Shown here: in pieces, positions 63,302-64,000 of the stretch
Position numbering within the stretch: the stretch's first letter is position 1
Layout: each line of letters begins with the position of its first letter
NCBI GenBank assembly: GCA_963807105.1
Contig: CAWEAM010000010.1
Location: 203,530-267,529, forward strand
Origin: an uncultured Acidobacteriota bacterium
GTDB taxonomy: Bacteria > Acidobacteriota > Vicinamibacteria > Vicinamibacterales > UBA2999
Length of the DNA: 64,000 nucleotides
Direction of reading: 5' to 3'
Made by a program: the position numbers and the translations under genes
The notes under the pieces: generated by a model
The model's database searches: none
The model's input: the letters and a program-made list of their open reading frames with translations, nothing else
Told to the model about the DNA's origin: nothing

Positions 63302-63788
63302 TCATCCCAGAGAATGCGGCTGCGCAAGCACGCCCGGCCGCTCCGGTGTCGCCTCGGCGAACTCCTCGACGACGACGCCGAGCGCGCGCAGCGTGGCGTG
63401 CACCGCAGGGAACTGATCGACGAGGTAGTCCACCAGCAGCACGTCGAGAAGTCCTAGTCCGATCTCCTCGAGAAACGCCGCCGCATCGACGCCGTCGGGC
63501 GCATTCGTCACCTTGCGCAACGCGTCGTACAGCCCCTTCACCTTGTCGAGGAGATCGAAGACCCTCAGACGGCGACGGATCGTCCCCTAGTGCGTCGAGT
63601 GCCGCGAGCGCGGCGTCGACGTTGGTCGCGAGCGACGTGTATTCGGGCGGGAGCGACTTGACGTCCCAGGCGAGCCGCGCCAGCAGCGTGCGGAACGATG
63701 GCAGATCGCTCACGCCGGTCTTCAACGGCTGGAGCGCCAGCACGAGGTGCCGCGCCAGTGCGCTCAACGTTCCGGATCGTTCGTCCAT
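63302..63788 (-). pseudogene. hypothetical protein, frame-broken; possibly the N-terminal part of the same gene as 62024..63226
   Basis: ATG 63788 opens MDERSGTLSALARHLVLALQPLKTG..ALDALGDDPSPSE. The coding signal then moves to the frame of ORF 63302..63541 (VFDLLDKVKGLYDALRKV..LLVDYLVDQFPAVHATLRALGVV) at a G/C run near 63562-63564. Confidence 0.45.
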
Positions 63789-63824
63789 GTGCGAAGCGAG
63801 TCGTGTCGGGCCGTGTGTGACCGA

Positions 63825-64000
63825 TCAGAGAGCGACGTCTGGATACAGGAGGTCGAGCTCGCCGTGCTTTCCGGGATTCACGCGATCGACGATGGCGTAG
63901 CGGCAGACATGGCGGAAGATGACGCTCGCGTTGTCTCCCTGGCGCATCTTGCAGCGGCCGGCGGGGCGGAACACGCCGCAGTCGTGGCTGCCTCCGCCCT
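63825..64000 (-). CDS. hypothetical protein, C-terminal 58 codons only (gene starts beyond the window)
   Basis: Hand translation: ..GGGSHDCGVFRPAGRCKMRQGDNASVIFRHVCRYAIVDRVNPGKHGELDLLYPDVAL, with the stop at 63825-63827. High third-position GC. No family recognised. Confidence 0.5.
   Translation of the reverse strand, partial: GGGSHDCGVFRPAGRCKMRQGDNASVIFRHVCRYAIVDRVNPGKHGELDLLYPDVAL

Overview
High-GC bacterial chromosomal window, almost fully coding, with about 55 genes. All family calls come from reading the translations; no searches were run. There are three blocks. (i) 1-38.2 kb is a very large glycan assembly/decoration locus. It is dominated by polytopic GT-C-type (PMT/ArnT-like) membrane glycosyltransferases. 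It also holds a GtrB/ArnC-like polyprenyl-phosphate GT2, further GT2/GT4 enzymes, a Wzx-like flippase and three methyltransferases. Further members are four paralogous membrane-anchored SGNH-like proteins, two paralogous cytoplasmic phosphodiesterase/alkaline-phosphatase-fold proteins, an AsnB-type amidotransferase and four oxidoreductases. It ends in a GT-C / enoyl-CoA hydratase / phenylacetate-CoA ligase operon. (ii) 38.7-48.4 kb is a decayed zone scarred by mobile elements. It contains porin and CPBP protease remnants, an ISAzo13-like transposase remnant, a 160-bp MITE and a GT87-like gene. It also contains a YcaQ/AlkZ-like gene coupled to a two-gene ABC exporter, and a frame-broken di-haem peroxidase. 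(iii) 48.7-61.7 kb encodes secreted hydrolases and a TonB-dependent receptor / gamma-glutamyltransferase / amidohydrolase operon. The last 2 kb begins a locus of proteins I cannot place, and it runs off the window. A modular intergenic repeat family of about 250 nt occurs at three sites. A 32-nt motif is shared by two operon leaders inside the glycan locus. I saw no rRNA, tRNA or CRISPR array. About a dozen 1-nt frame breaks indicate either indel-type assembly errors or real pseudogenes. Lineage guess (inference only): Acidobacteriota-like, from the GC content and the carboxypeptidase-regulatory-type TonB receptor.
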